This document shows positions 10,371-21,057 of a DNA stretch of 64,000 nt, one piece after another; positions within the stretch are counted from its first letter, which is position 1, and each line of letters opens with the position of its first letter. The stretch covers positions 194,701 to 258,700 of the forward strand of contig CAWBGA010000005.1 of assembly GCA_963788195.1 (NCBI GenBank), given 5' to 3'. The notes beneath the pieces were generated by a model. The model had not been told where the DNA came from. It was given only the letters and a program-made list of their open reading frames with translations, and ran no database searches. This DNA comes from Nitrospirota bacterium (GTDB lineage Bacteria > Nitrospirota > Nitrospiria > Nitrospirales > NS-4). Made by a program: the position numbers and the translations under genes.

Positions 10371-10721
10371 TCAAGGGTTACACATCTTACCATCGAACAC
10401 CCGGCAAGGAGATTTGGCCTGCGCCATCTTCCAGGACTTCACCACCGGCGGCGCTCCAGCGCGCATTTCCACTATCAAGTCGATCAAACTGTTGAGCGGG
10501 ATCTTATCCAGATGTTTCGCGGCCTTGTCTTCGGCTACAACGTCCAGCATGACCCCGTCGGTGCCTATGAGTTTAAGGGTCTTGGCCTCAGGATCAATGG
10601 CGATCACGGTTCCGTAAACGGCCTTCTCGTTGGGTTTGAGGTCTTCGGCTGGGAAAGCGGTCAGTGTGATTCCCGCGCAAAATACTATTGCGACAAGGGA
10701 AACTGCTAGAATCCTGGTCAT
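10371..10721 (-). CDS. Small exported hypothetical protein (OB-fold-like)
   Basis: Signal peptide, AAAGGAGG RBS, G.V.AID....TL.L pattern. Confidence 0.65.
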   Translation of the reverse strand: MTRILAVSLVAIVFCAGITLTAFPAEDLKPNEKAVYGTVIAIDPEAKTLKLIGTDGVMLDVVAEDKAAKHLDKIPLNSLIDLIVEMRAGAPPVVKSWKMAQAKSPCRVFDGKMCNP

Positions 10722-10899
10722 GCTGTCGCCTCCTTTACCGGGTGTGAGGCCTATTGCTCGTATCTATCCTTGCCTACTATCTTACTCCCAAGGAAGCCGC
10801 TCAACGACACCCCCTCTTTGTAGGCTAGCCCTGCTTCGGCCTCTCCGCAGCGAGCTTTAACATTTTGACTGTAATGAGTCCCCTGCCTATATTGGAATA

Positions 10900-12741
10900 A
10901 TGATAAAGAATTTTTTTTATGCTCTCGCCGTTCTCACCCTCTTGTTTCTACTCATTGTTCTCCTCGTGCCGTTCATGGTCGACCTGAATGCATACCAAGC
11001 GCGTTATCTCCCCATCATTGAGGAGTCGTTGAATCGGAAAGTCACCCTGAAGGATCTACGGCTCACCCTCTTCCCCCGCCTCGGCGTCCATATTACAGAA
11101 TTCACCGTCATGGATGACCCCCTCTTCAATCGGGGGGCTTTTGCCAGACTCGCGTCGCTGGATCTGGGCGTGAAATTCGGGCCTCTGTTGCGAGGGCGCG
11201 TGGAAATCGGCGAAATCATCATGCGAGACCCGTCGATTATGGTGATAAAAAATTCTCTGGGTCTCTTGAATGTCGCGACTCTAGGCAAGAAGGCCCCTTC
11301 AGAAAGGAAGGAACCTGAAGGACCGCCCGTTCCCGCCGGTGAGGGGCAACTGCAAGTCCTGTCTCTTTTTGCCGTCGATCGTTTGTCCGTAACCAATGGA
11401 CGGTTGACTTACCGTGATAGCGCGTCCATCCCCGCGGCCGAGTATTCGGTGGAACAGTTCCAGGTCCTCTTGCAGGGTGTCGGGCTAGGACTCACCCCGG
11501 TCGTGCATGTCAGTGGAGTTCTTCAACCCTTGAGCCTGCCGTTGATGGTCGACGGGACCCTCGGGCCGATTCAAGAAAATTTCGATATCGGCGTGTTTGT
11601 CTTTGATGTCGTCCTCGGCAAAGCCGTGGTCGAGATTAAAGGAAGCACGCTTGGAGGACATGTACGTTTCTCCGCCTCTGCTCCCCAAATCGCAACGACG
11701 GATCTGCCCATCTCCCTGCCGTTGACCAAGGCGCTGCAGTTAAAAGACCTTCATCTCGTGGGTGAGGCCAAGGATTCTTCCATAAATGTCGGCGCTATTG
11801 ATGCGACTATCCCGCTCGGCAAGGACACGGTCACGGTCCACGGAAGCTATATCGGCGGTGAGGCTCGGCTCAAAATGACGGCTCCTGCGATGACCACCGC
11901 TGAACTCCCATTGTCGCTTCCTCTGACAAAGCCCATCCATATAACGAATCTAGCCGTGACAGCCCAAGTGAGACCCCCACATGCTCAGCTGCGTAATCTG
12001 TCTCTCAATGCCTTCGGAGGGCAATTGGTGGGGGAAGCAGAAACCAAGACAGGTACCGCCCCACTGCCATTTTCCGGGAAGATCGCCGTCCAACGCCTCC
12101 AGCTCGGCTCCCTGATGGAAGCGGTAGGGACTGACAAGGTCTCGGTGAGCGGCACGGCCTCCGCCGAGATGGAAATACGGGGCAAGGGCATGACGCTGCC
12201 GGAGTTGACCAGAGCGTTGGAGGGCACAGGTCATCTCCTGGTCAAGGATGGGAAGGTGGAAGGCATCAATCTGCTAAAGGAGGCGGCCACATTGCTCAAG
12301 GCCATGGGCATCACCCAGGATCTAGGTGAGACCACCGTCTTTTCAGTTCTTGAATCCAATTTCAAAGTTCAGCAGGGAGTCGTCCGGGTTGATCGTCTGA
12401 TCGCAAGAAGTCCGGATTTTGACGCCACGGGTACCGGCGAAATCGGTTTTGACAAAACCCTGAAGCTGAACGTCTCACTTCTGCTTTCTGAAGCCCTCAG
12501 CAAAGCCATTGCCGGCTCTTCCCCGATCGCAAAGGCCTTGATGTCACACGGCCGCCTCTCGGTCCCCTTGGTTATCACCGGCAGCACTCAAGCCCCACGT
12601 TATGCCCTTGACACCAAAGTCCTCGGCACGAAACTCCAGCAAGAAATCAAAGAGAAGATTGGGGATGTATTGAAGGGCCAGCAAGGCGAGGACCTTATCC
12701 GCCGGGGCGAAGAAGCGCTCAAGAAATTCTTCGGTCAGTAA
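10900..12741 (+). CDS. AsmA family protein
   Basis: N-terminal TM then DLN.Y...I...LNRKV..L.L.LFP; beta-rich body; AsmA-like C-terminus. Confidence 0.85.
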   Translation: MIKNFFYALAVLTLLFLLIVLLVPFMVDLNAYQARYLPIIEESLNRKVTLKDLRLTLFPRLGVHITEFTVMDDPLFNRGAFARLASLDLGVKFGPLLRGRVEIGEIIMRDPSIMVIKNSLGLLNVATLGKKAPSERKEPEGPPVPAGEGQLQVLSLFAVDRLSVTNGRLTYRDSASIPAAEYSVEQFQVLLQGVGLGLTPVVHVSGVLQPLSLPLMVDGTLGPIQENFDIGVFVFDVVLGKAVVEIKGSTLGGHVRFSASAPQIATTDLPISLPLTKALQLKDLHLVGEAKDSSINVGAIDATIPLGKDTVTVHGSYIGGEARLKMTAPAMTTAELPLSLPLTKPIHITNLAVTAQVRPPHAQLRNLSLNAFGGQLVGEAETKTGTAPLPFSGKIAVQRLQLGSLMEAVGTDKVSVSGTASAEMEIRGKGMTLPELTRALEGTGHLLVKDGKVEGINLLKEAATLLKAMGITQDLGETTVFSVLESNFKVQQGVVRVDRLIARSPDFDATGTGEIGFDKTLKLNVSLLLSEALSKAIAGSSPIAKALMSHGRLSVPLVITGSTQAPRYALDTKVLGTKLQQEIKEKIGDVLKGQQGEDLIRRGEEALKKFFGQ

Positions 12742-12844
12742 GACATCTCTTTTTCATAACTAGTTGAATTATAAGTAAAGTCAAGGCACTGGCGGCTGGT
12801 CGAGGCACGGGGTATAATGAATTAGTCCAAGTCCATGGGGTGCA

Positions 12845-13192
12845 ATGAGTCTAGCAGAAAAATCCTGTGTCCCATGCCGTGGGGGAGTTCCCCCCATGGA
12901 ACCGGAGAAGGTCGATCAGATGCTGGCCCAATTAAATAGCGGCTGGACTGCGACACACGGGCGCACGCATTTGGAACGAAATTTCACTTTCAAAGACTTT
13001 GCCGGCGCTTTGGCGTTTGCGAATAAGGTCGGAGAAATCGCGGAGAAAGAGGCTCACCACCCTGATCTCCATGTCCGATGGGGGGCTTGCGCGGTCGAAA
13101 TTTGGACTCATAAGATTAATGGACTGACGGAAAGCGATTTTATTTTGGCGGCAAAAATTGATCGAGCACACCAAGAGCCGGCGGGCTCTTGA
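12845..13192 (+). CDS. phhB: Pterin-4-alpha-carbinolamine dehydratase
   Basis: C.PC.GG, F.F.DF..AL.F.N.V..IAE.E.HHPD, WTHKI.GLTE.DF.LAAK.D. Confidence 0.93.
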   Translation: MSLAEKSCVPCRGGVPPMEPEKVDQMLAQLNSGWTATHGRTHLERNFTFKDFAGALAFANKVGEIAEKEAHHPDLHVRWGACAVEIWTHKINGLTESDFILAAKIDRAHQEPAGS

Positions 13193-13208
13193 GAAAACTG
13201 GGGTAGAG

Positions 13209-13391
13209 ATGCGGAAGTGTAAAAAGTGTGGTGGAATGATGTTTCCTGAGCGTGTCATCGATATGCTGGATGGCTTGATCGGCCATTTCTATGCTTGCGC
13301 GAATTGCGGTCGTAGGGATGAGGCGGCCCGGTGCATTCAACCGATGCATGATTCTGAATCAGTGAAACCGGAGCTTGCTACGAAGACTTGA
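13209..13391 (+). CDS. Small zinc-ribbon-like protein (60 aa)
   Basis: MRKCKKCGGMM...YACANCG: two CxxC motifs. Confidence 0.65.
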   Translation: MRKCKKCGGMMFPERVIDMLDGLIGHFYACANCGRRDEAARCIQPMHDSESVKPELATKT

Positions 13392-13417
13392 CAATGGATC
13401 GCGATCGGGTGTAAACG
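13388..13417 (+). promoter_or_regulatory. Candidate sigma70 promoter for the downstream structured RNA
   Basis: Perfect TTGACA (13388-93), 18 nt spacer, weak -10 TAAACG (13412-17). Confidence 0.45.
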
Positions 13418-13433
13418 AGAAATATAACCTCTT

Positions 13434-13778
13434 CCGCTGGCGCAGTGGGACTATACGTTCCCGCTCCGCCGAAGCATAGGAAAGGAGGGTCGCCTATGGC
13501 AGACGCTAATCCCCCGGACCACTTAGGCCCGCTCTCGGCGGCTTCGCGACCTTCCTGGAGCGTGCCTTCCTTAGTAGACGTACCGACGCAGGCTTTGCTC
13601 GATGACGATTGCCTCAACGGCAAAGTTACCTTATGCAGGTAACACTGTCTAAAGGAGCAAAAACCGGCTCTTTGCTAAGGCCGGCGCCGCTGGTACCGCC
13701 CGAAGGGAAGCACCCCCTCGCCGACGGCGGGTTCGTTTTCACAAATCGAGAAAAGTAATGGCGTCACAAGCGCCACGG
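13434..13778 (+). ncRNA. Putative large structured non-coding RNA of unknown family (~345 nt)
   Basis: 5'/3' closing helix plus at least 7 compatible internal helices found by eye; promoter upstream and terminator immediately downstream; no long ORF. Confidence 0.65.
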
Positions 13779-13815
13779 CAAGGGCCACCCTTGAAAAAGG
13801 TGGCCCTTGTTGTCT
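13779..13815 (+). terminator. Intrinsic terminator
   Basis: CAAGGGCCACC (13779-89) / GGTGGCCCTTG (13799-809) perfect 11 bp stem, followed by a T-rich run. Confidence 0.75.
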
Positions 13816-13872
13816 CTGCGTAAGACCGCGCCGCATTGTCAGAACTCCTACGATGTGCTACTCTCCGCCGAT

Positions 13873-16200
13873 ATGGCGTCTGGAGGTAGATCTAGAGCCC
13901 TAGAAAAGCGGCACGAAATGGTCGGGGTGGTGCTTCTCACCTTGGCGCTGCTTTTTGCGCTTTCGTTACTTTCCTATTCTCCCCGCGACCCGATCCTATT
14001 CGAAGACTCAATACACAACGGCTCCGCCGTCAATCTGATCGGAAAGGTCGGCACGACCTTGGCGGCAGTCGCCTACTGGCTTATCGGCGGCGCGGCCTAT
14101 CTGTTGCCGATTGCTTTAACCGTACTTGGTGGACGCTGTTTTCTCGCCGGTGGCATGGGTATGACATTGCGAAGCGCTATCGGCTTTGCCAGCCTCATTG
14201 TTTTTGGGTCGGCCGCGTTGGCCCTTCACGTCCCGGGAATTCCGACAGCGACCAGCGGCTGGACCCAGTTAGGGCACGCGGGCGGATCTCTAGGCGATAC
14301 GCTGAGTACTCTGCTGGTCTTGTATCTGGCCCGTCTGGGCGCGCATATCGTGGTGGGTGCCGGCCTCATACTGTCAGTCCTGATCGCGATGCCTATATCT
14401 TTGGTGGCGCTGGGGCGGGAGGCGCGGGAAATTATCGCGACGCTCGCGGATTGGGCGAATGAACGCTGGCGCGGTTTAAAGACCCCCACCATGCAAACGC
14501 CACGCAGTTCCAAAGTAAGGCCGGTGAAGATCAATCGGGCTCAGGGCTCCCGGATTTCCCAAGACGCGACAATCACCCGCGAGGGCCCGCAAGGCAGGAC
14601 TCCCGAGCGCGACGCACCCGACGAGTTGCCCGAAGACGTCCCGGCCGCAATGCCGGAGTCAGCCGGGTTCGTACTGCCATCAGCAGAGCTTCTGCTGATT
14701 GATGCTCCGAGTTCCGTCGAGCGGTTGACCGACGAGGAGATCCAGGCGCAAGCCGCTGTCTTGACCGGAGCCCTAGCCAACTTCGGTATCAATGGGCAGG
14801 TCATTCAGACACATGTCGGGCCGGTCGTCACGATGTATGAGTTCGAACCCGCGCGCGGGGTGAAGGTGGCGAGGATCGTGAACCTCGCTGACGATCTCGC
14901 GCTGGCAATGAAAGCGATGAGCATTCGCATTGTTGCTCCGATTCCGGGAAAATCCGTCGTCGGAATCGAGGTGCCCAATCCGCGACGTGAGGATGTCGCG
15001 CTCAAAGAAATTCTGCTCAGCGAACCTTACGTCAAAATGCGCTCTCCTTTGAAGCTCGCCCTCGGCAAGGACATTTTCGGAAAGCCTGTCGTCGCGGATC
15101 TGCGCGGCATGCCACACTTGTTGGTCGCCGGTGCGACAGGTTCAGGCAAGAGCGTTGGTTTAAACACCATGATTCTCAGCCTGCTATTCTCGGCCCCTCC
15201 CCGTGAAGTCAAGTTCCTGATGATCGACCCCAAAATGCTGGAACTGGCTCTTTACGAGGGGATTCCCCATCTCTGGAGGCCCGTCATCACTGAACCGAAA
15301 GCCGCTGCGCGCGGTCTGCTCTTGGCCGTCCGTGAGATGGAGCGTCGGTACAAGGTCATGGCTGAACACGGAGCTCGGAATATCGAGACATACAATCGAA
15401 ACGTGGCCGAACTTCAAGGGGTGCTCCCGTTCGAGGCGGAGGCAGCCACGGTCCAACACACCGAGTACCTTTCAGAAGAAGAGCGTTTGTCCGCCGGGGA
15501 GACGACGTCGCCTGGGGCGACCGCTCCTCGCACTCCACCTGCGCCTCTTCCATACCTCGTCATCGTCATTGATGAATTGGCGGACTTGATGATGGTGGCA
15601 GCCAAAGAAGTCGAAGATTCAATTGCGCGGCTCGCTCAAATGGCTCGTGCGGCGGGTATCCATTTGATCCTCGCCACGCAGCGTCCCTCTGTTGACGTGA
15701 TCACCGGCATCATCAAGGCTAATTTTCCGGCTCGGATCGCGTTTCAAGTCGCATCGAAAATCGATTCCCGCACCGTTCTTGATCAAAACGGCGCCGACCA
15801 ACTGCTCGGCCGCGGAGACATGCTCTATTTAGCCACCGGCGCCGGCAAACTGAGCCGTGTGCATGGCGCCTTCGTCCCTGACGCTGATCTCAAGAAGGTG
15901 GTGGAGTTTATCAAAAACCAAAGCCCGCCGGCGTACGCCGAAGAGCTTACGGCGAGTGGAAATGAGGCAAGCGCCGACGATGCAAGTCGCGATGAAATCT
16001 ACGAGAAGGCGAAGGAAATAGTGATGACGACCGGGCAGGCATCGGCGTCCTTTCTTCAACGGCGCCTCCGCATTGGCTATCCTCGTGCTGCGCGTCTGGT
16101 TGAGATGATGGAACAGGACGGCATTGTCGGCGCCCCGAGCCGCGACGGGCGACGTGAGGTATTAATGAAACGGGTCGGAGTCGATGATGGACGCGCATGA
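13873..16200 (+). CDS. ftsK: DNA translocase FtsK
   Basis: 4TM N-terminus, MPHLLVAGATGSGKS Walker A, IDELADLM Walker B, gamma domain LQRRLRIGYPRAARL. Confidence 0.97.
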   Translation: MASGGRSRALEKRHEMVGVVLLTLALLFALSLLSYSPRDPILFEDSIHNGSAVNLIGKVGTTLAAVAYWLIGGAAYLLPIALTVLGGRCFLAGGMGMTLRSAIGFASLIVFGSAALALHVPGIPTATSGWTQLGHAGGSLGDTLSTLLVLYLARLGAHIVVGAGLILSVLIAMPISLVALGREAREIIATLADWANERWRGLKTPTMQTPRSSKVRPVKINRAQGSRISQDATITREGPQGRTPERDAPDELPEDVPAAMPESAGFVLPSAELLLIDAPSSVERLTDEEIQAQAAVLTGALANFGINGQVIQTHVGPVVTMYEFEPARGVKVARIVNLADDLALAMKAMSIRIVAPIPGKSVVGIEVPNPRREDVALKEILLSEPYVKMRSPLKLALGKDIFGKPVVADLRGMPHLLVAGATGSGKSVGLNTMILSLLFSAPPREVKFLMIDPKMLELALYEGIPHLWRPVITEPKAAARGLLLAVREMERRYKVMAEHGARNIETYNRNVAELQGVLPFEAEAATVQHTEYLSEEERLSAGETTSPGATAPRTPPAPLPYLVIVIDELADLMMVAAKEVEDSIARLAQMARAAGIHLILATQRPSVDVITGIIKANFPARIAFQVASKIDSRTVLDQNGADQLLGRGDMLYLATGAGKLSRVHGAFVPDADLKKVVEFIKNQSPPAYAEELTASGNEASADDASRDEIYEKAKEIVMTTGQASASFLQRRLRIGYPRAARLVEMMEQDGIVGAPSRDGRREVLMKRVGVDDGRA

Positions 16201-16872
16201 TACCTGTTAGGATCATAGGTCTCACTGGTCATATTACTCCTTACCACGGGAACGATCACCGATGCGGCTGTCGATCCCATCAAAGAGATCGTGTCCAAGG
16301 TGGAAGCCCGTTATCGCGCCACCAACGATCTGACGGCCGATTTTAATCAGACCACCACGGTGAAAGGTTTTGCGACCGCGCTCAAGTCCGCGGGACGCGT
16401 CTACCTGAAGCGCGCGGGCAAGTTGCGCTGGGATTACCTGGAACCCAATCTTGAACAGATCTTCGTTGAGAATGATCACGTCCAGTTCTATGTGCCGGAG
16501 CATAAGCAGGTCTTGACAGGTCAGCTCTCGAAGATGGCTGACTCGCAGGCGCCCCTGCAACTCCTCCAAGGCGCCGCTCGGCTCGATAAACACTATGAGG
16601 TGTCGGCGGTTCCTGGGGGCGCGAAAGGCCGCCTACCCCTGCTGTCGTTGACGCCCTTGAGAGGCGGGCCGGATCAACCGCGGATCGTTGTGGAGGTGGA
16701 CCCGGAGAGTTACTATCTGCGGCGGGTAGAGCTTCATGATGTCAACGGAGGCGTCTCTAATATTGTCTTCAGCAATATCCGGGCTAATTCCGGCTTGAAG
16801 GATGACGTTTTTGTTTTTTCAGTGCCCGCGGACGTTGAGGTCGTGCCTGCTCCCAAGCTTGCCGGCCCATGA
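16197..16872 (+). CDS. lolA: Outer membrane lipoprotein carrier LolA (frameshift in signal-peptide region)
   Basis: LTADF.Q...G.VYLKR.GKLRWDY..P; ftsK-lolA synteny; ATGA overlap with ftsK stop. Confidence 0.85.
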
Positions 16873-16919
16873 AGGTCTGCGGTCGCCTCGAGCACTGACG
16901 CCCCTCCAAGACGACCACT

Positions 16920-17309
16920 ATGCCCTGGACGGCCAAATGGATCGCGTTGATTATCGGCACAGTTGTCGTGCTCGTCATCGCGGATCGCGTGTGGTACGTC
17001 AAGGAGATGAAAGCTCTTGCCAACATGCTCGGGGTGGAATGGTCCAAAATTGAGCGCCGGGGAACCTTTCCGTTTGAATATTATAAGAAAGCCGTCCATT
17101 ACGGAATGACCCGCGACGATGTGCTAAAACGCATGGTCGGCTATTCGAGCGTGGATGAAAAACAGTTCGGGCCGTACCTCTACCAAACCTATTACTATAG
17201 ATTCGGTGTGCTCAGCCGTCACGGCGTTCGCATCGAGTATGACCAGTTCGGGCGGGTGCGCACCGTCGAGGACGCACCACCGGTGCCGCCCCAGGATTTT
17301 TCAAAGTAA
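16920..17309 (+). CDS. Membrane-anchored hypothetical protein (SmpA/BamE-like GMT..DV motif)
   Basis: N-terminal TM; GMTRDDV...I.YD..GRV pattern. Confidence 0.55.
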   Translation: MPWTAKWIALIIGTVVVLVIADRVWYVKEMKALANMLGVEWSKIERRGTFPFEYYKKAVHYGMTRDDVLKRMVGYSSVDEKQFGPYLYQTYYYRFGVLSRHGVRIEYDQFGRVRTVEDAPPVPPQDFSK

Positions 17310-17314
17310 TATTT

Positions 17315-17424
17315 AGGAAAAGGGACAGATTTATTTTCCTGTCGAGTTGAAATAGGGCCAGAGTCGATTTATGAGGTTTTGCGTCTCAGATTCTCCAGAC
17401 CATAAATCGACTCTGACCCTATTT
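17315..17424. repeat. REP-like element: GGGACAG hairpin plus 24 bp inverted repeat (GGGTCAG family)
   Basis: AAATAGGGCCAGAGTCGATTTATG (17350-73) and CATAAATCGACTCTGACCCTATTT (17401-24) are 23/24 complementary. Confidence 0.85.
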
Positions 17425-17466
17425 TCGCCTTTTGCCCCCATGTGGTAGACGAGTATACTGGCCCCC

Positions 17467-19282
17467 ATGTGGGTGAAGCGCTGGTTGCTGGGGCGTCCGC
17501 TCGCCACGGCGCAATCGGGTGAGCAGCGGCTGTCGAATCCAGTCGCCCTTGCGATCTTCTCCTCTGATCCGCTTTCCTCGGTAGCCTACGCCACGGAGGA
17601 GATCCTACTTGTCTTGATCTTGGCCGGCACCGCCGCCCTGCATTACTCTATCGGCATCAGCATCGTCATCGTTGGATTAGTGGCCATTCTCACCGCCTCC
17701 TATCGCCAGACGATTTTCGCCTACCCTTCGGGCGGTGGCGCCTATGTCGTCTCGAAATCCAACCTCGGCGAATCACCGGGTTTGGTTGCGGCCGCTGCCC
17801 TGCTCATTGATTATGTGCTCACGGTGGCCGTCAGTGTCGCAGCAGGCGTCGCGGCTCTTACATCGGCGATCCCGGCTTTGCTTGAGCACCGTGTTGCCTT
17901 GGGACTGGCCGCGATCGTCCTTCTGACCTGGGGCAATCTACGGGGCGTGCGAGAATCAGGCCGGATCTTTGCTTTGCCGACATACATGTTCGTCGGCGGG
18001 CTCGGCCTGGTTATCCTGGTTGGTTTGGGTCGAGCGCTCTTTGGCGCATCCGTAGAACATTCACCTCCACCCATCCCCGCCGTCCAGGGACTGACATTGT
18101 TCCTGCTTCTTCGCGCTTTCTCCTCCGGTTGCACGGCGTTGACAGGAATAGAGGCGATCTCCAATGGGGTGCCCGCTTTCCGAGATCCGGTGTCTAAGAA
18201 TGCCGCCACTACGATGACTTGGATGGCCATCATGTTGGGCAGTCTTTTCCTTGGCCTCACGGCTCTCGCATATATCTACGGGCTCGTGCCACGAGAAGAA
18301 GAGACCCTGATCTCGCAGATCGCAAGAATTTCGCTGGGCGGCGGAATCTTCTATTATTTCATGCAAGCCGCGACGATGCTGATTCTGATTCTCGCCGCAA
18401 ATACGGCAGTACAACGGCTTTCCGCGGCTGGCCTCGTTGTTGGCGCAGGATGGTTTCCTTCCGCATCAGATGCGTGTTCAGGGTGATCGGCTGGCGTTTT
18501 CGAACGGGATTTTGATCCTCGGTGCGTGCGCGGCGCTCTTGCTGATAATTTTTCGCGGCAATACGCATGCCTTGATTCCCCTGTATGCCGTCGGCGTTTT
18601 TCTCTCGTTTACTCTCTCGCAGTCGGGCATGGTCAGGCATTGGCAGGATCACAGGAGGCAAGGGTGGCGCAAAGCCCTGGCCATCAATCTAACGGGCGCA
18701 GTGGCGACAGGAGTGGCGACCGTTGTCCTGACGGTGACGAAGTTTACACACGGCGCCTGGGTCGTGATCGTCTTGATTCCGTTGCTGATCGTGATGTTCC
18801 GGAAGATACGATGGCATTATCGAATTGCCGATTGGCAACTTGCCTTGGACATGTACGAACGGCCGAAGCTGCCGCCGCCGAATATCATGGTGATGCCGAT
18901 CAGCACTGTGAACAGGGCGGTGGTCATGGCGTTGGATTACGCGCGCGAGCGCGGACAAGATCTGCGTGCGGTATACGTTGATTTGAACCCCGAGGAAACC
19001 GTCAAGATCAAAGAGCAGTGGGAGCAATGGGGCGCGAAGGTTCCTTTGGTGATTCTGCCTTCTCCGTATCGATCGTTTTTGGGGCCGTTACTTCACTACA
19101 TCGAAGGCGTCCGTCAAAGTCATCCGGGCGGGTGGGTCACCGTCGTGCTCCCGGAGGTGATCCCGGCCAAATTATGGCAAAATCTCCTGCATAATCAGCG
19201 AGCGCTTTTGATCAAGGCGGCTTTGCTCTTTAAATTCCGAGTAGTCGTCGTGGACGTTCCGTACCATCTTGGGCTGAAGTAG
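17467..19282 (+). CDS. APC family permease, YdaO/KimA-like (frameshift near 18410)
   Basis: FSSDPLSSVAYATEE, YPSGGGAY, GCTALTGIEAISNG, SPYRS, LLHNQ.AL. Confidence 0.9.
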
Positions 19283-19374
19283 CCCTTACCCCGTATCCCC
19301 TTCTCCTGCGCCTTTCGCCGGGTGCTTGCTGCATGGTAGAGTTATACTCGTGCAAATTTTATACGGAGGTCATA

Positions 19375-21057
19375 ATGCGTCGGGCCCCTGTTTCAAAGAT
19401 TGTCTTATTTCTTGTCGCGATTCTCCTCGGTCGCCCTGAGTTCACCTTTCCGCAACCGGAGCAGCCTTCGGGGACTCAGAAGAGGAGCAAGTCCGTCGGC
19501 TCTCCCGCGATGTCGGCCGCGCTGCAATACGCCGAGGCAGTGTCATCCGGCAACCGGGCGGTTGTCGGCCGCTTGGACTTCGGATGTTTGTATGGGCTGG
19601 TTTCGCGCGCCGGCAAGCCGGTCAAAACGCTTCCGCCGGCAGGGGATCCCTACTATGAAGCCTGTTGGCAAAAGCTTGCGACCGCACACGCGACTGTGGT
19701 TGAGCAGCAGGACCAGAACGTCCACACAATATGGCCCGGCAAAGGGAATCTCGTGTTCTTCAGTGAGGAGCTCACGGAATACGCGCCTTCATTTTTTGTC
19801 ATGGATCAAGGTTGGGCTCTCCCCTCCGGGTAGCGGCTTGCGCTTGGAGCTGTTGAAAAGCAGGCGTCTGCCGGCGGCGTCATTTCAGCTTGGTGAAAAG
19901 GCGCCAATCGTTGAAGCGCCCGCAACAATGGTGACAATGAAGGTGGCCTATAAGGATCCTTTAACTTCCCCGATCACCTTTGCCCCCGGGCTCCTGACAA
20001 AGTTGACGAACGTCATCAAAAGTCCAAAGCAAGCGCTCAAACAAGTGACCATCCGATGGGTGGTGCTATCGGGCCTTCGCAAGCTTGGATTTCCGGCAGA
20101 TGTCGCCGTTGTGAATCTGCCGGCTCCCGGCCCCGAGGATTCCGCCATTCCCTTTGTGACAGAGAGCGGGGGATATGAGGCGGGGACCGGCGAATGGTGG
20201 GGTCCTGCCGATTCCCCTGGGGTTCTTGTCGCCGCCATCGGCCGGGCCACTCAGCTTCCGGAGCAGCAGGACCGCATTGCCATGCTGAACAGAGTGCTGA
20301 TTATAGATCCTCTCAGGCAAGAGGCGCTCAGTGTTCTCTCGCGTGAACTGTACCAGACCGTATTGAGAATGGGAGCCACGGCGGGTCACGTCTCGATCGG
20401 GGATCCTGAACTTGCCGCGCGTTTTAATGAGCTCTATTGGAACGCATATTCGGAAACCGTCGAGAACCGATATCTCGCTGGGTATGGAAATGGGTGGTCG
20501 TCTGGGGCTGGCGCAGCCGACCGCCGCGGACTATTTCTATCGGATGGTTCCAGTGATGGAGACACTCGCCAAGGTGCAGCCGGAAGATCTCGAGAATCGC
20601 TTGCGGTTGGGCATGGCGTATCGGTGGAACAATGATCAATTAACGGCTATTGCCACGCATGAGGCGCTACTTAAGGACCTACATCCCCATCAAAAGGCTC
20701 TAAGAGCGCGCGCGTTAATCGAGTTAGCGTGGTCACGGATCGCAAAAGTGGCTTGGAACCGCACCTTTGACGACCCCGGCATTCTGCAGGCCTATAATGA
20801 GGCGGCAGAGGCGTATGACCTGACGGATCGGCCGTTGGACAAATTTACTGCCGCCTACACAATGGCATACAGCCATGCGTTCATGCCGAAGCGCGACAAC
20901 CGGGCAATGCTTCAGCGGTTGACTGAGGCGCACGAGTGGTATTTGCAACTTAGATGGCGCATCGCAGGCGTCCTGGCTTTATCTGCTCGGCAACGATACC
21001 TTGAAAGGCGTCATCAGTGCCGACCCGGCCTTCAAGCCGTTACTTGCCGCCTCGTAA
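19375..21057 (+). CDS. Exported hypothetical protein with TPR-like C-terminal region (about 3 frameshifts)
   Basis: ORFs 19333-19833, 19400-20635 and 20412-21137 join into one protein; GGAGG RBS; helical repeats. Confidence 0.6.

Noticed and set aside
13434..13778. tmRNA, RNase P, 6S, group I intron or c-di-AMP/cobalamin riboswitch identity for the structured region
   Set aside because: No tRNA-like ends or tag ending in ALAA; no GAGGAAAGUCC; GACUAUACG resembles a group I R element but no matching S element (UAGUC) follows; riboswitch cores match only in fragments
17310..17466. c-di-AMP (ydaO) riboswitch upstream of the YdaO-like permease
   Set aside because: The space is taken by REP-like inverted repeats; riboswitch consensus motifs are absent
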